Virus record (IMG/VR): IMGVR_UViG_3300028654_000012
Span: 52,674 to 116,673 of that record
Length of the DNA stretch: 64,000 nucleotides
DNA from: a virus
Strand: one strand, 5' to 3'
Part shown: in pieces, positions 9,006 through 18,655 of the stretch
Numbering within the stretch: position 1 is the first letter of the stretch
Layout: every line of letters begins with the position of its first letter
Notes under the pieces: model-generated
Database searches by the model: none
Told to the model about the DNA's origin: nothing
The model's input: only the letters and a program-made list of their open reading frames with translations
Position numbers and translations under genes: made by a program

Positions 9006-9722
9006 ATGAAACTAAAAGTCAATGAAATTTATGGGCCCGTAAAGCAGGGCGAAGGTAAATCATCTGGACTAGATGTTCTCTTCTTGAGACTATCTGGATG
9101 CAACTTAGCTTGTTCTTGGTGTGATACTCCTTACACATGGAACTGGGTAGGTACCAAGTTCGTTCACCCGGAGAAGTTTGATCCTATGAAAGAAATCGTT
9201 TTCATGGATACTAACGAAGTTAAGGTTGAATTAGATAAGCTTAATACTAAGGCCGTAGTAATCTCTGGTGGAGAACCTATGCTCCAACAGAAGCCTCTCC
9301 TCCCCTTGATTCAGGCCCTCAAGGCCGATAACTATTGGGTTGAGATTGAGACAAATGGTACTATAGCTCCCGAGCCCGAATTTCTTAATCTGGTAGACCA
9401 GATTAACTGCAGTCCTAAATTATCCAATTCAGGGCCTGATAATCGTCTCTCTATGAGAGAAAGACCTGAAGCACTTACTGCTTTAGCTGATTCCCCTAAG
9501 GTCTCTTTTAAGTTTGTAGTATCCTCTGATAAGGATATGGTGGAGATTGACTCACTAATTTCTAGGTTCTCTATGAAAGAGGTTTACCTCATGCCGGAAG
9601 GTAAGACTCGGGTAGAACAATTAGCTCGCCAGGATAAGATTAAAAAGCTTTGTGAAGAAAAAGGATTCAAGTTTAGCCCCCGACTACATGTATTAGAGAA
9701 TGACTCTAAACGGCGGATCTAA
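9006..9722 (+). CDS. queE: 7-carboxy-7-deazaguanine synthase (radical SAM)
   Basis: QGEG, FLRLSGCNLACSWCDT, SGGEP, ETNG, SPKL. Confidence 0.95.
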   Translation: MKLKVNEIYGPVKQGEGKSSGLDVLFLRLSGCNLACSWCDTPYTWNWVGTKFVHPEKFDPMKEIVFMDTNEVKVELDKLNTKAVVISGGEPMLQQKPLLPLIQALKADNYWVEIETNGTIAPEPEFLNLVDQINCSPKLSNSGPDNRLSMRERPEALTALADSPKVSFKFVVSSDKDMVEIDSLISRFSMKEVYLMPEGKTRVEQLARQDKIKKLCEEKGFKFSPRLHVLENDSKRRI

Positions 9723-9725
9723 ACT

Positions 9726-10751
9726 ATGGCTCACCTTTATCATCTTCTTACCTATCTATTTGTACTAGGCGTTGTCGTTACCCTCCATGAAATGGGCCAT
9801 TATCTGGCCTGCAAATCTCAAGGAATAAGAGTAGACACCTTCTCCCTAGGCTTCGGCCCAGTACTAGCTAGCACTACTCTATGGGGAACTCTTTTTACAC
9901 TCAGGCTAATACCCTTAGGGGGATTTATTATTCCTGCTGGAGCCGGCAACCGCCCTGAAACTGCTACTGAAGGAGAGTACTTCAGTAAAGCGTGGTATAA
10001 GCGCCTTATCGTAGTATACGCAGGACCAGCTATGAACTTCGTTCTAGCCTTCCTTATCTTTGTAGGATTACTGTGGGCTAGAGGAATTCCTAGCTACACT
10101 GATGATTCTATTATAGGGCAGATGGAGAAAGGTTCCTTAGCGGACAAGGCTGGGCTACTTCCCGGTGACGAAATAATGTATGTCAACGAGGAACCTGTAG
10201 ACACTTGGCATCGTATGCGGTTGGAGATTTCTGTTTCAGGACCGGACTTAAGCCTTGTTGTTCTCCGAGGACACGCTTTAAAAACTTTTCACATTCCTTT
10301 CGGAATAGAACCTCCCCGCCTCCTAGGAATCCTGCCTCTGCAAACATACACTCCTCTAGGTTTAGTAGCCGCTAGTAAGGAAAGTGCTAGTATATGCACT
10401 TTCCAAGTCACTCAAACTTACCAAATCCTTTCAGCTAATTTAAGGCATGGTAAGAAAGCCGAGCTAGCAGGCCCTATAGGCATCTATCAAGCTGTAGCAC
10501 AAGCCTCCTCAGATTGGGTAGAGACTTTTTCGCTCATGGCTATAATCTCACTATCACTAGGCATCTTTAACCTACTACCTATTCCTCTATTAGACGGAGG
10601 AACAGGAGTTCTATTCTGGTGGGAAGGATTAACCGGAAAGTATCCCTCCACCTTAGTTGTAAATATATTCCAGCTAGTAGGCTTAGTTGTTATAGGCTTT
10701 ATTCTCCTGTTCGCCACAGCAGGAGATATAGGCAGACTTCTAGGTCATTAA
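9726..10751 (+). CDS. rseP: RseP-like site-2 intramembrane metalloprotease (M50, one PDZ)
   Basis: HEMGH, FSLGFGP, AGPAMN, PDZ (AGLLPGDEI), NLLPIPLLDGG. Confidence 0.92.
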   Translation: MAHLYHLLTYLFVLGVVVTLHEMGHYLACKSQGIRVDTFSLGFGPVLASTTLWGTLFTLRLIPLGGFIIPAGAGNRPETATEGEYFSKAWYKRLIVVYAGPAMNFVLAFLIFVGLLWARGIPSYTDDSIIGQMEKGSLADKAGLLPGDEIMYVNEEPVDTWHRMRLEISVSGPDLSLVVLRGHALKTFHIPFGIEPPRLLGILPLQTYTPLGLVAASKESASICTFQVTQTYQILSANLRHGKKAELAGPIGIYQAVAQASSDWVETFSLMAIISLSLGIFNLLPIPLLDGGTGVLFWWEGLTGKYPSTLVVNIFQLVGLVVIGFILLFATAGDIGRLLGH

Positions 10752-10789
10752 TCCCCTTCCTAAAGAGAGTTACTACCTGTATTAATTAG

Positions 10790-11761
10790 GTGGTTACAAT
10801 CAAATCTCTTCGCCTGCAAAACTTCCAGGCACACAAAGACACTACTATAGACTTTGACGATTACTTCAATTGCGTTATTGGGGCAACTCGATCAGGTAAG
10901 TCCGCTATGGTACGAGCTCTTAATTTCCTAATATATAATGTATGGCACTCTGCTTATGTAAGGCATGGTAGTACCGAGGTAGTAATCACCGCGACTTTAT
11001 CAAATGGGTTCACCGTTGTTCGTACCAAAGGGGATAAGATTAACCAGATTGATGTAAGAGACCCTCAGGGAAAGGTTAAGACATATGATAGTTTCGGTAC
11101 GAACTTACCTAAGGAAGTGTGTACTGTGCTAGGTATTAATCCCCTTCAGATAGATGAAGACGAGTTCATTATGTCTAACGTGGTAGACCAAGATGAACCC
11201 ATGTTCCTCTTAAAAGAAAGTGGACCTACTAAAACAAAGATCCTTGCTCGATTAGCCGGGTTACATTGGATAGATTTTGCATTAAAAGACCTTAATAAAG
11301 ATAGGCGGCGACTATCCGGAGAAACAGATAACTTAAAGACGTCTAATTATGAGCTTAATCAGAAATTAGCTAAGCTTCCTGACCTTAGCATAGTCAGAGG
11401 CCAAGTATCCCTAGCCCGCGCAAGGTACGAGAGTCTACGAGAGCTAGATACGCACTATAACACTGCATTAGCTCTCAAACAAGACATTACTTCTTGGAAG
11501 AGTCAATACGCTGAGTTTAAGAAGCTTAAAGATCTTAACTTTAGCAATTTGATTAAACATGCGACAACGGCTCAGGAACTATATCAGAGCTATCATAGAT
11601 TAAAGGATTTGTCATATAGATTGGAGAACATAGCGGACTCTACGAAGAATTTAGCTTCCGTTAGAAAGACTTCTCAAAAGGACCAGAAAGAATTAGAGCA
11701 CCTTCTAGAAGAAGCTATGGTAGCCGCTCCCGTATGTCCTACATGTAAGAGAGAATTATAA
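10790..11761 (+). CDS. SbcC/Rad50-like ATPase, N-terminal half
   Basis: LQNFQAH, Walker A GATRSGKS, Q-loop region, coiled coil, terminal CPTC hook. Confidence 0.85.
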   Translation: MVTIKSLRLQNFQAHKDTTIDFDDYFNCVIGATRSGKSAMVRALNFLIYNVWHSAYVRHGSTEVVITATLSNGFTVVRTKGDKINQIDVRDPQGKVKTYDSFGTNLPKEVCTVLGINPLQIDEDEFIMSNVVDQDEPMFLLKESGPTKTKILARLAGLHWIDFALKDLNKDRRRLSGETDNLKTSNYELNQKLAKLPDLSIVRGQVSLARARYESLRELDTHYNTALALKQDITSWKSQYAEFKKLKDLNFSNLIKHATTAQELYQSYHRLKDLSYRLENIADSTKNLASVRKTSQKDQKELEHLLEEAMVAAPVCPTCKREL

Positions 11762-12693
11762 TGAAAGCATTGGTTCTTGGAGATCCTCATTTCTGTGATA
11801 GAGTACCTCTTCGCAGAGTAGATAATTTTCTACAGGCTCAGTTTAACAAACTTACTAACCTAGAAAATATAATTAGAGAAGACAAAGAGATAGACGCTCT
11901 CTTTCTTTTAGGAGATGTATTCGATATACCTAAGCCCTCTCTAGAATTAGTTAATAGAGTTATGGATCATCTAGATCGTATTAACAAGCTACTACCTTTA
12001 GGCATATACTCTATTGTAGGTAACCACGACGTACATGGCAGAGTAGAAAGTATACAAGAGACCGCTCTAGGAACTCTATATGCTTCCCGCTTAGTAAAAC
12101 AATTAACTGGTACCCAGATAATCAAAGGCATTCCTTTTGTAGGGATAGATTACTTAGTAAATCATACTCCTGAAATATACCGTGGAAACAATCAAATCAT
12201 CTTAACCCATAATATGCTACTTCCCGCACCAGCTATTTTTAAGCATATATTAGCTCGAGACTTAAATGGTACTGTACAAAATACTACCATATTCGCAGGA
12301 CATTATCATTCCCCCTTTAACGTAAACTTGTCCAATAACAGTAGCGTAATTAACCCTGGAGTATTAGTACGTACAGATATCGCTGAAAGAAAGATAGTTC
12401 CTAGTGCAGTTAAATTTGAAGCTACTATGAGCCCTAATTTAAACGTAAGCTGGCAACGATTGCCTTTAGAGAAGGACAATGGCGATCAAGTATTTAACTT
12501 AGAGGACTATAAAGAAGAGAAGACTCAAAAGTTAGATTTAGAAAAGTTTATTAATGGTCTTAAACAAAGTCAGTTTGAAAGTCATGATATTGAAAAATTA
12601 ATTGAAGAAGTGGGTAATTTATCTAATGTTAGTGAGACTATTTTACAAGAGGCTTTAAAAAGAATTAAATCAGCCCGCGCAATTGTACGTTAA
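11761..12693 (+). CDS. SbcD/Mre11-like nuclease
   Basis: GDPH, LGDVFD, GNHD, GHYH metallophosphoesterase motifs. Confidence 0.88.
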   Translation: MKALVLGDPHFCDRVPLRRVDNFLQAQFNKLTNLENIIREDKEIDALFLLGDVFDIPKPSLELVNRVMDHLDRINKLLPLGIYSIVGNHDVHGRVESIQETALGTLYASRLVKQLTGTQIIKGIPFVGIDYLVNHTPEIYRGNNQIILTHNMLLPAPAIFKHILARDLNGTVQNTTIFAGHYHSPFNVNLSNNSSVINPGVLVRTDIAERKIVPSAVKFEATMSPNLNVSWQRLPLEKDNGDQVFNLEDYKEEKTQKLDLEKFINGLKQSQFESHDIEKLIEEVGNLSNVSETILQEALKRIKSARAIVR

Positions 12694-12721
12694 AGAGATT
12701 TTGCCTTAATGTATTTATATT

Positions 12722-13012
12722 ATGAGTTCGCAAATAACACATCTAGTGATTCAAAAGAAATTTAACGAGACTATTAAAAATATGGCTACCTTATCTAAAT
12801 CCCCCGTCTTTAATCTGAGAGTAGAAGTTTTAAACCTACTGGAACGGTCCCCGATGCGCTTTAGAGATCTAAGATCCCGCCTAAGGGTAACGGACGACAA
12901 CGCCCTAGATTCTACTCTACAGACACTACGTAAGAATAAGCAGATATACTATTCATCCAAAGCAGGATGGACTATCGGTTCAGGAAGTAAGAAAACTACC
13001 CGATCCAAGTAA
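12722..13012 (+). CDS. Winged-helix DNA-binding protein
   Basis: VLNLLERSPMRFRDLRSRL..LDSTLQTLRKNKQI pattern. Confidence 0.55.
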   Translation: MSSQITHLVIQKKFNETIKNMATLSKSPVFNLRVEVLNLLERSPMRFRDLRSRLRVTDDNALDSTLQTLRKNKQIYYSSKAGWTIGSGSKKTTRSK

Positions 13013-13013
13013 T

Positions 13014-13193
13014 ATGGACTTCTCCAAGTGGAGATTCTTAGAGTGTGATAAAGGATGTGCACACTTGCCCACGAGTGAAGTATGCGCTAACTATTGTATG
13101 CATAATATACACTTAGATAAGTGGTGTAGAGAGTGTAGAAATCTTTGCGGTGTAGTTAACGCTAGACCAGATGATAACCAGGAGAGACTATGA
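13014..13193 (+). CDS. Cys-rich microprotein (59 aa, not in track)
   Basis: MDFSKWRFLECDKGCAH..CANYCMH..WCRECRNLC; stop overlaps the queD ATG. Confidence 0.55.
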   Translation: MDFSKWRFLECDKGCAHLPTSEVCANYCMHNIHLDKWCRECRNLCGVVNARPDDNQERL

Positions 13194-13663
13194 TTGTATC
13201 GAAGACATTAAAGTTTGAAGCAGGACATCGCCTAGCATTCGGCTATCCTGGTAATTGCCAGCATGCTCACGGACATAGTTACATTGTCACTGTAGTAATG
13301 GAAGCTACTACAGATGATCTTGATAAATTCGGATTCGTAAAAGACTTCAACGATTTTAAACCCCTTAAGCAGTGGATTGACGATAAGTGGGATCATGCCT
13401 TTTTAGTAGCTCAGAATGATACTCCCATGCTCACCTTCTTGAGAGAGAATAAGCAGAGACATTTCATCTTCGATAGCAACCCTACCGCAGAGAACATTGC
13501 CCGGGAGTTGTTTATTGTAGCTGAGGAACTTCTAAATGATGGAGGAGCTACGGTTACTGAAGTAAGAGTAAACGAGACCGCTACATCTGAAGCCGTTTAT
13601 AGATCTACTTTAGTTCAAGACGCTTTAGATGCACGGAGACTTTTAACTGCAGCTAAGGCTTAA
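13190..13663 (+). CDS. queD: 6-carboxytetrahydropterin synthase
   Basis: FEAGHRL, CQHAHGHSY, DHAF, NPTAENIA, ETATS. Confidence 0.93.
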   Translation: MIVSKTLKFEAGHRLAFGYPGNCQHAHGHSYIVTVVMEATTDDLDKFGFVKDFNDFKPLKQWIDDKWDHAFLVAQNDTPMLTFLRENKQRHFIFDSNPTAENIARELFIVAEELLNDGGATVTEVRVNETATSEAVYRSTLVQDALDARRLLTAAKA

Positions 13664-13923
13664 TGAAAACGAATATAGAAGATATTCGGAGTCGATTAGA
13701 CGACTTAAAGAAGAAAGAAGCTGTAATAAGCACCCGTGAAGAGTATTTAGTAGAAGAAAAGAATAAGCTTCTTTTAGAAGTTAATAATTTATATGAGGTT
13801 CTTAAAGCTACTGGACGTTTTAGTCCTGAAGAATTAACTCCTCAGAATTTAGACGGCGTAATGTCTAAGCTCTATAAGATTATAGAAGACGAATTAAAGC
13901 TTAGTGAATTACCTACCCTATGA
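13663..13923 (+). CDS. Coiled-coil protein (possible third SbcC-associated piece)
   Basis: Heptad pattern; lies between the SbcC halves. Confidence 0.5.
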   Translation: MKTNIEDIRSRLDDLKKKEAVISTREEYLVEEKNKLLLEVNNLYEVLKATGRFSPEELTPQNLDGVMSKLYKIIEDELKLSELPTL

Positions 13924-14051
13924 TAGACACTATCGTAGCTTGGTTTCAAGTGAACGCGGCCGGCATAGTTGTCGGTCTTCTTCTCTGGGTTATCTTTCTT
14001 GTAGTTATCGCTGATCATGTTGAACGCCAAAATAACCTCCCTAGGCAATAA
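13920..14051 (+). CDS. 43-aa transmembrane microprotein (not in track)
   Basis: MIDTIVAWFQVNAAGIVVGLLLWVIFLVVIADHVERQNNLPRQ; ATGA coupling. Confidence 0.45.
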   Translation: MIDTIVAWFQVNAAGIVVGLLLWVIFLVVIADHVERQNNLPRQ

Positions 14052-14658
14052 AATTGTTTCCGTAGAACAACGGCTACAGCACCTTGAGGGCCAAAAAGAA
14101 ACTCTCACTACTCAGCTCACTGAAAATAATCGTCGGCTAAAAGATATTATCACTGAGGAAGACACTTTTCTTAAAGCCTCATCCCTCCTACAATCGGTAT
14201 CTGAAAAGACTCGCGATCTAAGCGTTACTAAGATAGAGTCTATTATTACCAGCGCTCTCCAAGAAATAATGGATAATGTCCATTTACAGTTCGTAATTGT
14301 TTTCGAAAATAAACGAAATGCGGTTGCAGTAGAATTTAAGATAAGAGATACCCAGTTAGGTACCGACTTAGATATAGTTCATTCAGAAGCCGGAGGTATT
14401 AAGAATGTAGTATCTACTATCCTACGACTAATTATTATTGATTTACACCATCCTAAAATCGAAGGACCAATTGTATTAGATGAGGTAGGGGCTAATATTA
14501 GTGTAGAATACCAAGAACGCTTCGGTAAGTTTCTTAAAGATTATAGTAAGATGATGGGCCGTCAGATTATATTAGTTTCACATCATGACAAAGTTAAAGA
14601 ACATGCTGATAAGCTAATTCGTCTTCGAAAGCTTAATGCGGACACTCAGGTAGAGTAA
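14017..14658 (+). CDS. SbcC/Rad50-like ATPase, C-terminal half
   Basis: Coiled coil, divergent signature SEAGG, Walker B IVLDEVG, H-loop LVSHH. Confidence 0.85.
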   Translation: MLNAKITSLGNKIVSVEQRLQHLEGQKETLTTQLTENNRRLKDIITEEDTFLKASSLLQSVSEKTRDLSVTKIESIITSALQEIMDNVHLQFVIVFENKRNAVAVEFKIRDTQLGTDLDIVHSEAGGIKNVVSTILRLIIIDLHHPKIEGPIVLDEVGANISVEYQERFGKFLKDYSKMMGRQIILVSHHDKVKEHADKLIRLRKLNADTQVE

Positions 14659-15065
14659 TGGCTAAAAAGAAACGCAAGAAGATACCTGCTAGAACTATAC
14701 TCCGCCGCTTACATAACAAAGCAGACAAGGCTATTAGTCTTTACGTAAGGGCCATAACCGAGATAGAATATGGCGCTTGTGCCATATGTCTAAAGAATCC
14801 TATTCAATGTTGTTTTCACTTTGTTAGAAGAGGACGTAAGGTACTACGCTGGCATTTACCTAACTTAGTAGGTACATGTCACCGATGTAATTATATAGAG
14901 TATCGTAATCCAGACATCTCTAGAGCTTGGTACATTAGACGTCATGGAGCTGATAGATACCTAGCTTTAGTAGATAGATCTATGACTAATTTTGAGCCAA
15001 CCCCTGAATTTCTTCAGGGGGTTATAGACAACTTTACTGTACAGCTAAAGAATTTGTATAAGTAA
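14658..15065 (+). CDS. NinG/Rap-like HNH-fold endonuclease
   Basis: CAIC..CFH..RWHLPNL..TCHRCN. Confidence 0.65.
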   Translation: MAKKKRKKIPARTILRRLHNKADKAISLYVRAITEIEYGACAICLKNPIQCCFHFVRRGRKVLRWHLPNLVGTCHRCNYIEYRNPDISRAWYIRRHGADRYLALVDRSMTNFEPTPEFLQGVIDNFTVQLKNLYK

Positions 15066-15066
15066 G

Positions 15067-15315
15067 ATGAAAGAAACGGAAGCTTTCTGCGTTGAGAATA
15101 TTCAAAGGATACTTGCAGGCAAGAAGCCTACCTTTAAGAATAAAGTACTGGCCGAGCTCTTCAAAAGAGCCGCAGACGAAGTTATAGAGAAAGCAGGTAC
15201 CAATAAAGTTACCGTAAATGGCGTAACAATTTATAAGAAGAAATCTACCAAGCAATATATAATTCATATTCGATGGACACCTAATGACCGAAAAAAAGAA
15301 CGACCTAAGTCCTGA
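15067..15315 (+). CDS. Hypothetical protein
   Basis: ORF in operon context. Confidence 0.5.
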   Translation: MKETEAFCVENIQRILAGKKPTFKNKVLAELFKRAADEVIEKAGTNKVTVNGVTIYKKKSTKQYIIHIRWTPNDRKKERPKS

Positions 15316-15745
15316 ATTTATTAGGAACCTGCAGGCCTCTATGGAAGATCCCGCTGCCGGAACTGACTCTCCTATAGAGGCTATCCAACGACTTAGAAAA
15401 GCTGAGAATCCTACTAATATGGAAGATCTACGTCGCCGCCTTGATGAGAACGCTGGACGCTTTTCCCCTAAGGTGGTGTTCCCTGGCGAGCAGGTTCAAC
15501 CTTCCGTCCCGAAAGCTCCTCCGCCTCCTCCAGAGGAGAAAGTAACTACTCGCGTTGTTTATAAAGGACATCGGTATAATGGCGATTTCTTTTCATGTAT
15601 GGCTGTAGCTTTAGTAGAACTTAATAATCCTAAGGTAAACGAAGTCATGAGAGCCTGGGCCTTCGTTCTTAAAGACCTAGATGGAAATCAGATTTTCCCT
15701 CCTAAAACTATTTCTAGACCTCGCTCCAAAAAGAAGAAAAAGTAG
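15284..15745 (+). CDS. Hypothetical protein
   Basis: ORF with Pro-rich linker and basic C-terminus. Confidence 0.6.
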   Translation: MTEKKNDLSPEFIRNLQASMEDPAAGTDSPIEAIQRLRKAENPTNMEDLRRRLDENAGRFSPKVVFPGEQVQPSVPKAPPPPPEEKVTTRVVYKGHRYNGDFFSCMAVALVELNNPKVNEVMRAWAFVLKDLDGNQIFPPKTISRPRSKKKKK

Positions 15746-15771
15746 TATAATTAAGTAGCGAGAGGTAAAGC

Positions 15772-18222
15772 ATGTCTTTTGACTTAATCCCCAACCAGAA
15801 TTGTTCTCTATGTGGTCTATGTAAGACCCGTAAGGCTATCGTCAATGGTGTAGGACCTATTACATCAAAGATTATGGTGGTTAGAGAAGGTCCTAACTTT
15901 GAAGAAGATAAGATGGGATCCCCTATGCTCGGTGAAGCCGGGAGACTCTGGCGTAATCTTCTAAAACAGGCGGGCATCGATTACAGAGATATATTCATGA
16001 CTAATCTGACTAGATGTCATGGAGGAGTAGTCGATTTTAAGAAAGGTCCTAAAGATCCTTCAGCTGAAGAGATAGCTGCTTGTGCCCCTTTTCTAGACGA
16101 AGAGATTAAAAGAATCCAGCCTGTAGTTATTGTACCCGTAGGTAATATAGCTCTTAGGTATTTCTTAGGAAGTAAAGTAGCTTCTATTATGACCCATAGA
16201 GGCACAGAATTCTGGTCAGAGAAGTACAACTGCAAAGTTATCCCCGCTATTCACCCCGCTGCCATCCTTAGAAACCCTCAATATACTTCCATCACAATTC
16301 AGGACTTAGTTAGAATCAAACAGTCTTCTACATATACAGGCCTCACACCTAAAGGTGCAGGTACATATACTATCGCAGATACTTTCGATAAGGTAGAATC
16401 TCTATTCGCAGGCCTAGAAGCTGCCAGTGAGTTGGCAATAGATATCGAGACGACCGATTTAAATCCTCTCACCAGTGATATATCTTGTATTGGATTTAGC
16501 TGGAAAGAAAAGGAAGGCTGGTGCTTACCTATCATGAAGGCAGGTGGAAGTACTGATTCCTTTTGGGACAAAGAGTATGCTGTAGCTCTCTGGGAGAGAA
16601 TTAGACGTATACTAGAAGGTCCTGCTAAGAAGATTGGACACAACTTTAAGTTCGATCAAAAATTCTTCATAATGAAGGGTATCAAGTTAAATAACTTTTA
16701 TTTTGATACTATGTTAGCACATCACCTCATTGACGAGAATGCTGAGAATCTACACGGCCTAAAGGACTGTGCCTGGGCATATACTGATATGGGTGGATAT
16801 GATAAGGATCTAGACGACTGGTTTAAAGCTAATAAGCAATTCAAAGGACAGTATATCCAAGTACCTTTTGCTATGCTTAACGAATACTGCGCTAAAGATG
16901 CTGATTGCACCTTTAGACTTTTTAAAGTATTTGAACCGCAGATCACTAGTATGGACCTTACCAGACTGATGAGACAGATAGTATTACCTGCGAGAGATGT
17001 CTTAATGGATGCCGAACTACTAGGTATTCAGGCAGATAAGGACTATATTGAAAAGCTTCGTGTAGAGTATTCTACAAAGAGAAGTTCTCTAGAACAGAGT
17101 ATCTTTGATTCAGTAGGTAAGCCTTTTAACATTAACTCTTCTAAGCAACTGCAAGTCATCTTATTCACCGACTTAGGGTTCGCGCCTGTAGGTAAGACAA
17201 AGGGAGGAGGATTATCTACTGATAATGCAGCCATAGATCTCATTGCTAAAGCCAACCCTAACCATCCCGTACCTAAGTTACTATTAGAATACAAAGATTG
17301 TCAGAAGATCCTTAGTACTTTTATTGAAGGGTTATCTGAACATATAGATGTAGACGGTAGAGTACATAGTAATTACAAGCAGCACGGTACTACAACCGGT
17401 AGATTATCTTCTAGCGAGCCTAACATGCAACAGATTCCTCGCGAATCTATTGTGAGAGGAATATTTGTATCACGCCCTGGATTCAAGTTGATCGAGGCAG
17501 ACTTCTCCTCAGCTGAATTTAGATGGTGGGCAGAGTATAGTAGAGATCCTCAGATGGTAGAAGATCTAAGGAACGGAGTAGATATTCACAGAATGACTTA
17601 TGCTCTATCTCACGGAATAGATATAGCTCTTGTGACAGATTCCCAACGTCAGCAGGCTAAGGCAACAGTATTCGGACTCATGTACGGAAGAGGTACTTGG
17701 TCGCTAGCTGAAGAGCTAGGCATTGCTGAATCTGAAGCAAAGAAAATCGTAAGTATCTTTTTTGGAAGGTATCCCCAAGCCCAAGCTTGGTTAAAGCAGC
17801 AAATCTTTGTAGCTAAAAAGACAGGTCAAGTAGTTAATTACTTTGGAAGAATTCGCAGACTTCCTGGAATTACTAGTAGTCAGGATCAGGCTAGATCTGA
17901 GGCCGAGAGACAGTGCAAGAATGCCCCAATCCAGAGTGCAGCAGCTGACATGACTATGATCGCTTCTATTAGAGTTAAAAAGGCTTTAATTAACGCAGGA
18001 CTTTCAGGTAACTTAGTCATGACTGTACACGACTCACTAGTGTATGAAGTTCCAGAAAATGAGGTAGCTTCTACATTCAGTATAGTTAAGGGTGAGGCGG
18101 AGCGGCCAGTAGCAGGAGCTATAGTTCCTATGCTTGTGGATATCAAGGTAGGCACTCGGTTAGGCTCTCTAAAGAAGGTAAAGAACGTATCAGAATTATC
18201 TTCTGAATTATGTATTAAATAA
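15772..18222 (+). CDS. polA: Family A DNA polymerase with N-terminal family-4 UDG domain and 3'-5' exonuclease
   Basis: UDG: CxxC Fe-S Cys, TNLTRC, HPAAILR; exo DIETT, GHNFKFD, YCAKDAD; pol ADFSSAEFR, KATVFGLMYG, VHDS. Confidence 0.93.
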   Translation: MSFDLIPNQNCSLCGLCKTRKAIVNGVGPITSKIMVVREGPNFEEDKMGSPMLGEAGRLWRNLLKQAGIDYRDIFMTNLTRCHGGVVDFKKGPKDPSAEEIAACAPFLDEEIKRIQPVVIVPVGNIALRYFLGSKVASIMTHRGTEFWSEKYNCKVIPAIHPAAILRNPQYTSITIQDLVRIKQSSTYTGLTPKGAGTYTIADTFDKVESLFAGLEAASELAIDIETTDLNPLTSDISCIGFSWKEKEGWCLPIMKAGGSTDSFWDKEYAVALWERIRRILEGPAKKIGHNFKFDQKFFIMKGIKLNNFYFDTMLAHHLIDENAENLHGLKDCAWAYTDMGGYDKDLDDWFKANKQFKGQYIQVPFAMLNEYCAKDADCTFRLFKVFEPQITSMDLTRLMRQIVLPARDVLMDAELLGIQADKDYIEKLRVEYSTKRSSLEQSIFDSVGKPFNINSSKQLQVILFTDLGFAPVGKTKGGGLSTDNAAIDLIAKANPNHPVPKLLLEYKDCQKILSTFIEGLSEHIDVDGRVHSNYKQHGTTTGRLSSSEPNMQQIPRESIVRGIFVSRPGFKLIEADFSSAEFRWWAEYSRDPQMVEDLRNGVDIHRMTYALSHGIDIALVTDSQRQQAKATVFGLMYGRGTWSLAEELGIAESEAKKIVSIFFGRYPQAQAWLKQQIFVAKKTGQVVNYFGRIRRLPGITSSQDQARSEAERQCKNAPIQSAAADMTMIASIRVKKALINAGLSGNLVMTVHDSLVYEVPENEVASTFSIVKGEAERPVAGAIVPMLVDIKVGTRLGSLKKVKNVSELSSELCIK

Positions 18223-18223
18223 T

Positions 18224-18655
18224 ATGAGCACAACCACATTACTCGTTAAGTTAAATAGTCCTGACGCTAAAGTACCTTTTAAAGCACATCCAGATGAAGA
18301 TGCTGGATTTGACTTAGTAGGTACTCATGATGCGACAGTTAAAGCTTTTGAATCGGCTATAATCGATATCAAATTAAGTTTAGGCATTCCCAAAGGATTT
18401 TATGGCCAATTAATGACTAGATCTTCTATGGGTAAAGCTGGCCTACGAATTCACCCAGGAGTTATCGATGCGGGGTACAGAGGCAATATCTCTGTAATAG
18501 TAATCAATCTAACTAGTAGAGACTACGAGATTCATACAGGAGATAGAGTAGCCCAGCTACTAATCTTACCTGTACCTAAGGTAAAGATAGAAGTAGTAAC
18601 AGAATTACCTGAGTCAAGTAGAGGCGAAGGCGGCTTTGGAAGTACAGGAAAATAA
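18224..18655 (+). CDS. dut: Trimeric dUTPase
   Basis: AGFDL, RSS, GVIDAGYRG, GDRVAQL, RGEGGFGSTG. Confidence 0.95.
   Translation: MSTTTLLVKLNSPDAKVPFKAHPDEDAGFDLVGTHDATVKAFESAIIDIKLSLGIPKGFYGQLMTRSSMGKAGLRIHPGVIDAGYRGNISVIVINLTSRDYEIHTGDRVAQLLILPVPKVKIEVVTELPESSRGEGGFGSTGK

Noticed and set aside
2134-18222. Inteins or group I introns in DnaB, RecA or PolA
   Set aside because: Lengths and motif spacing are normal, with no splice-junction signatures or frame breaks
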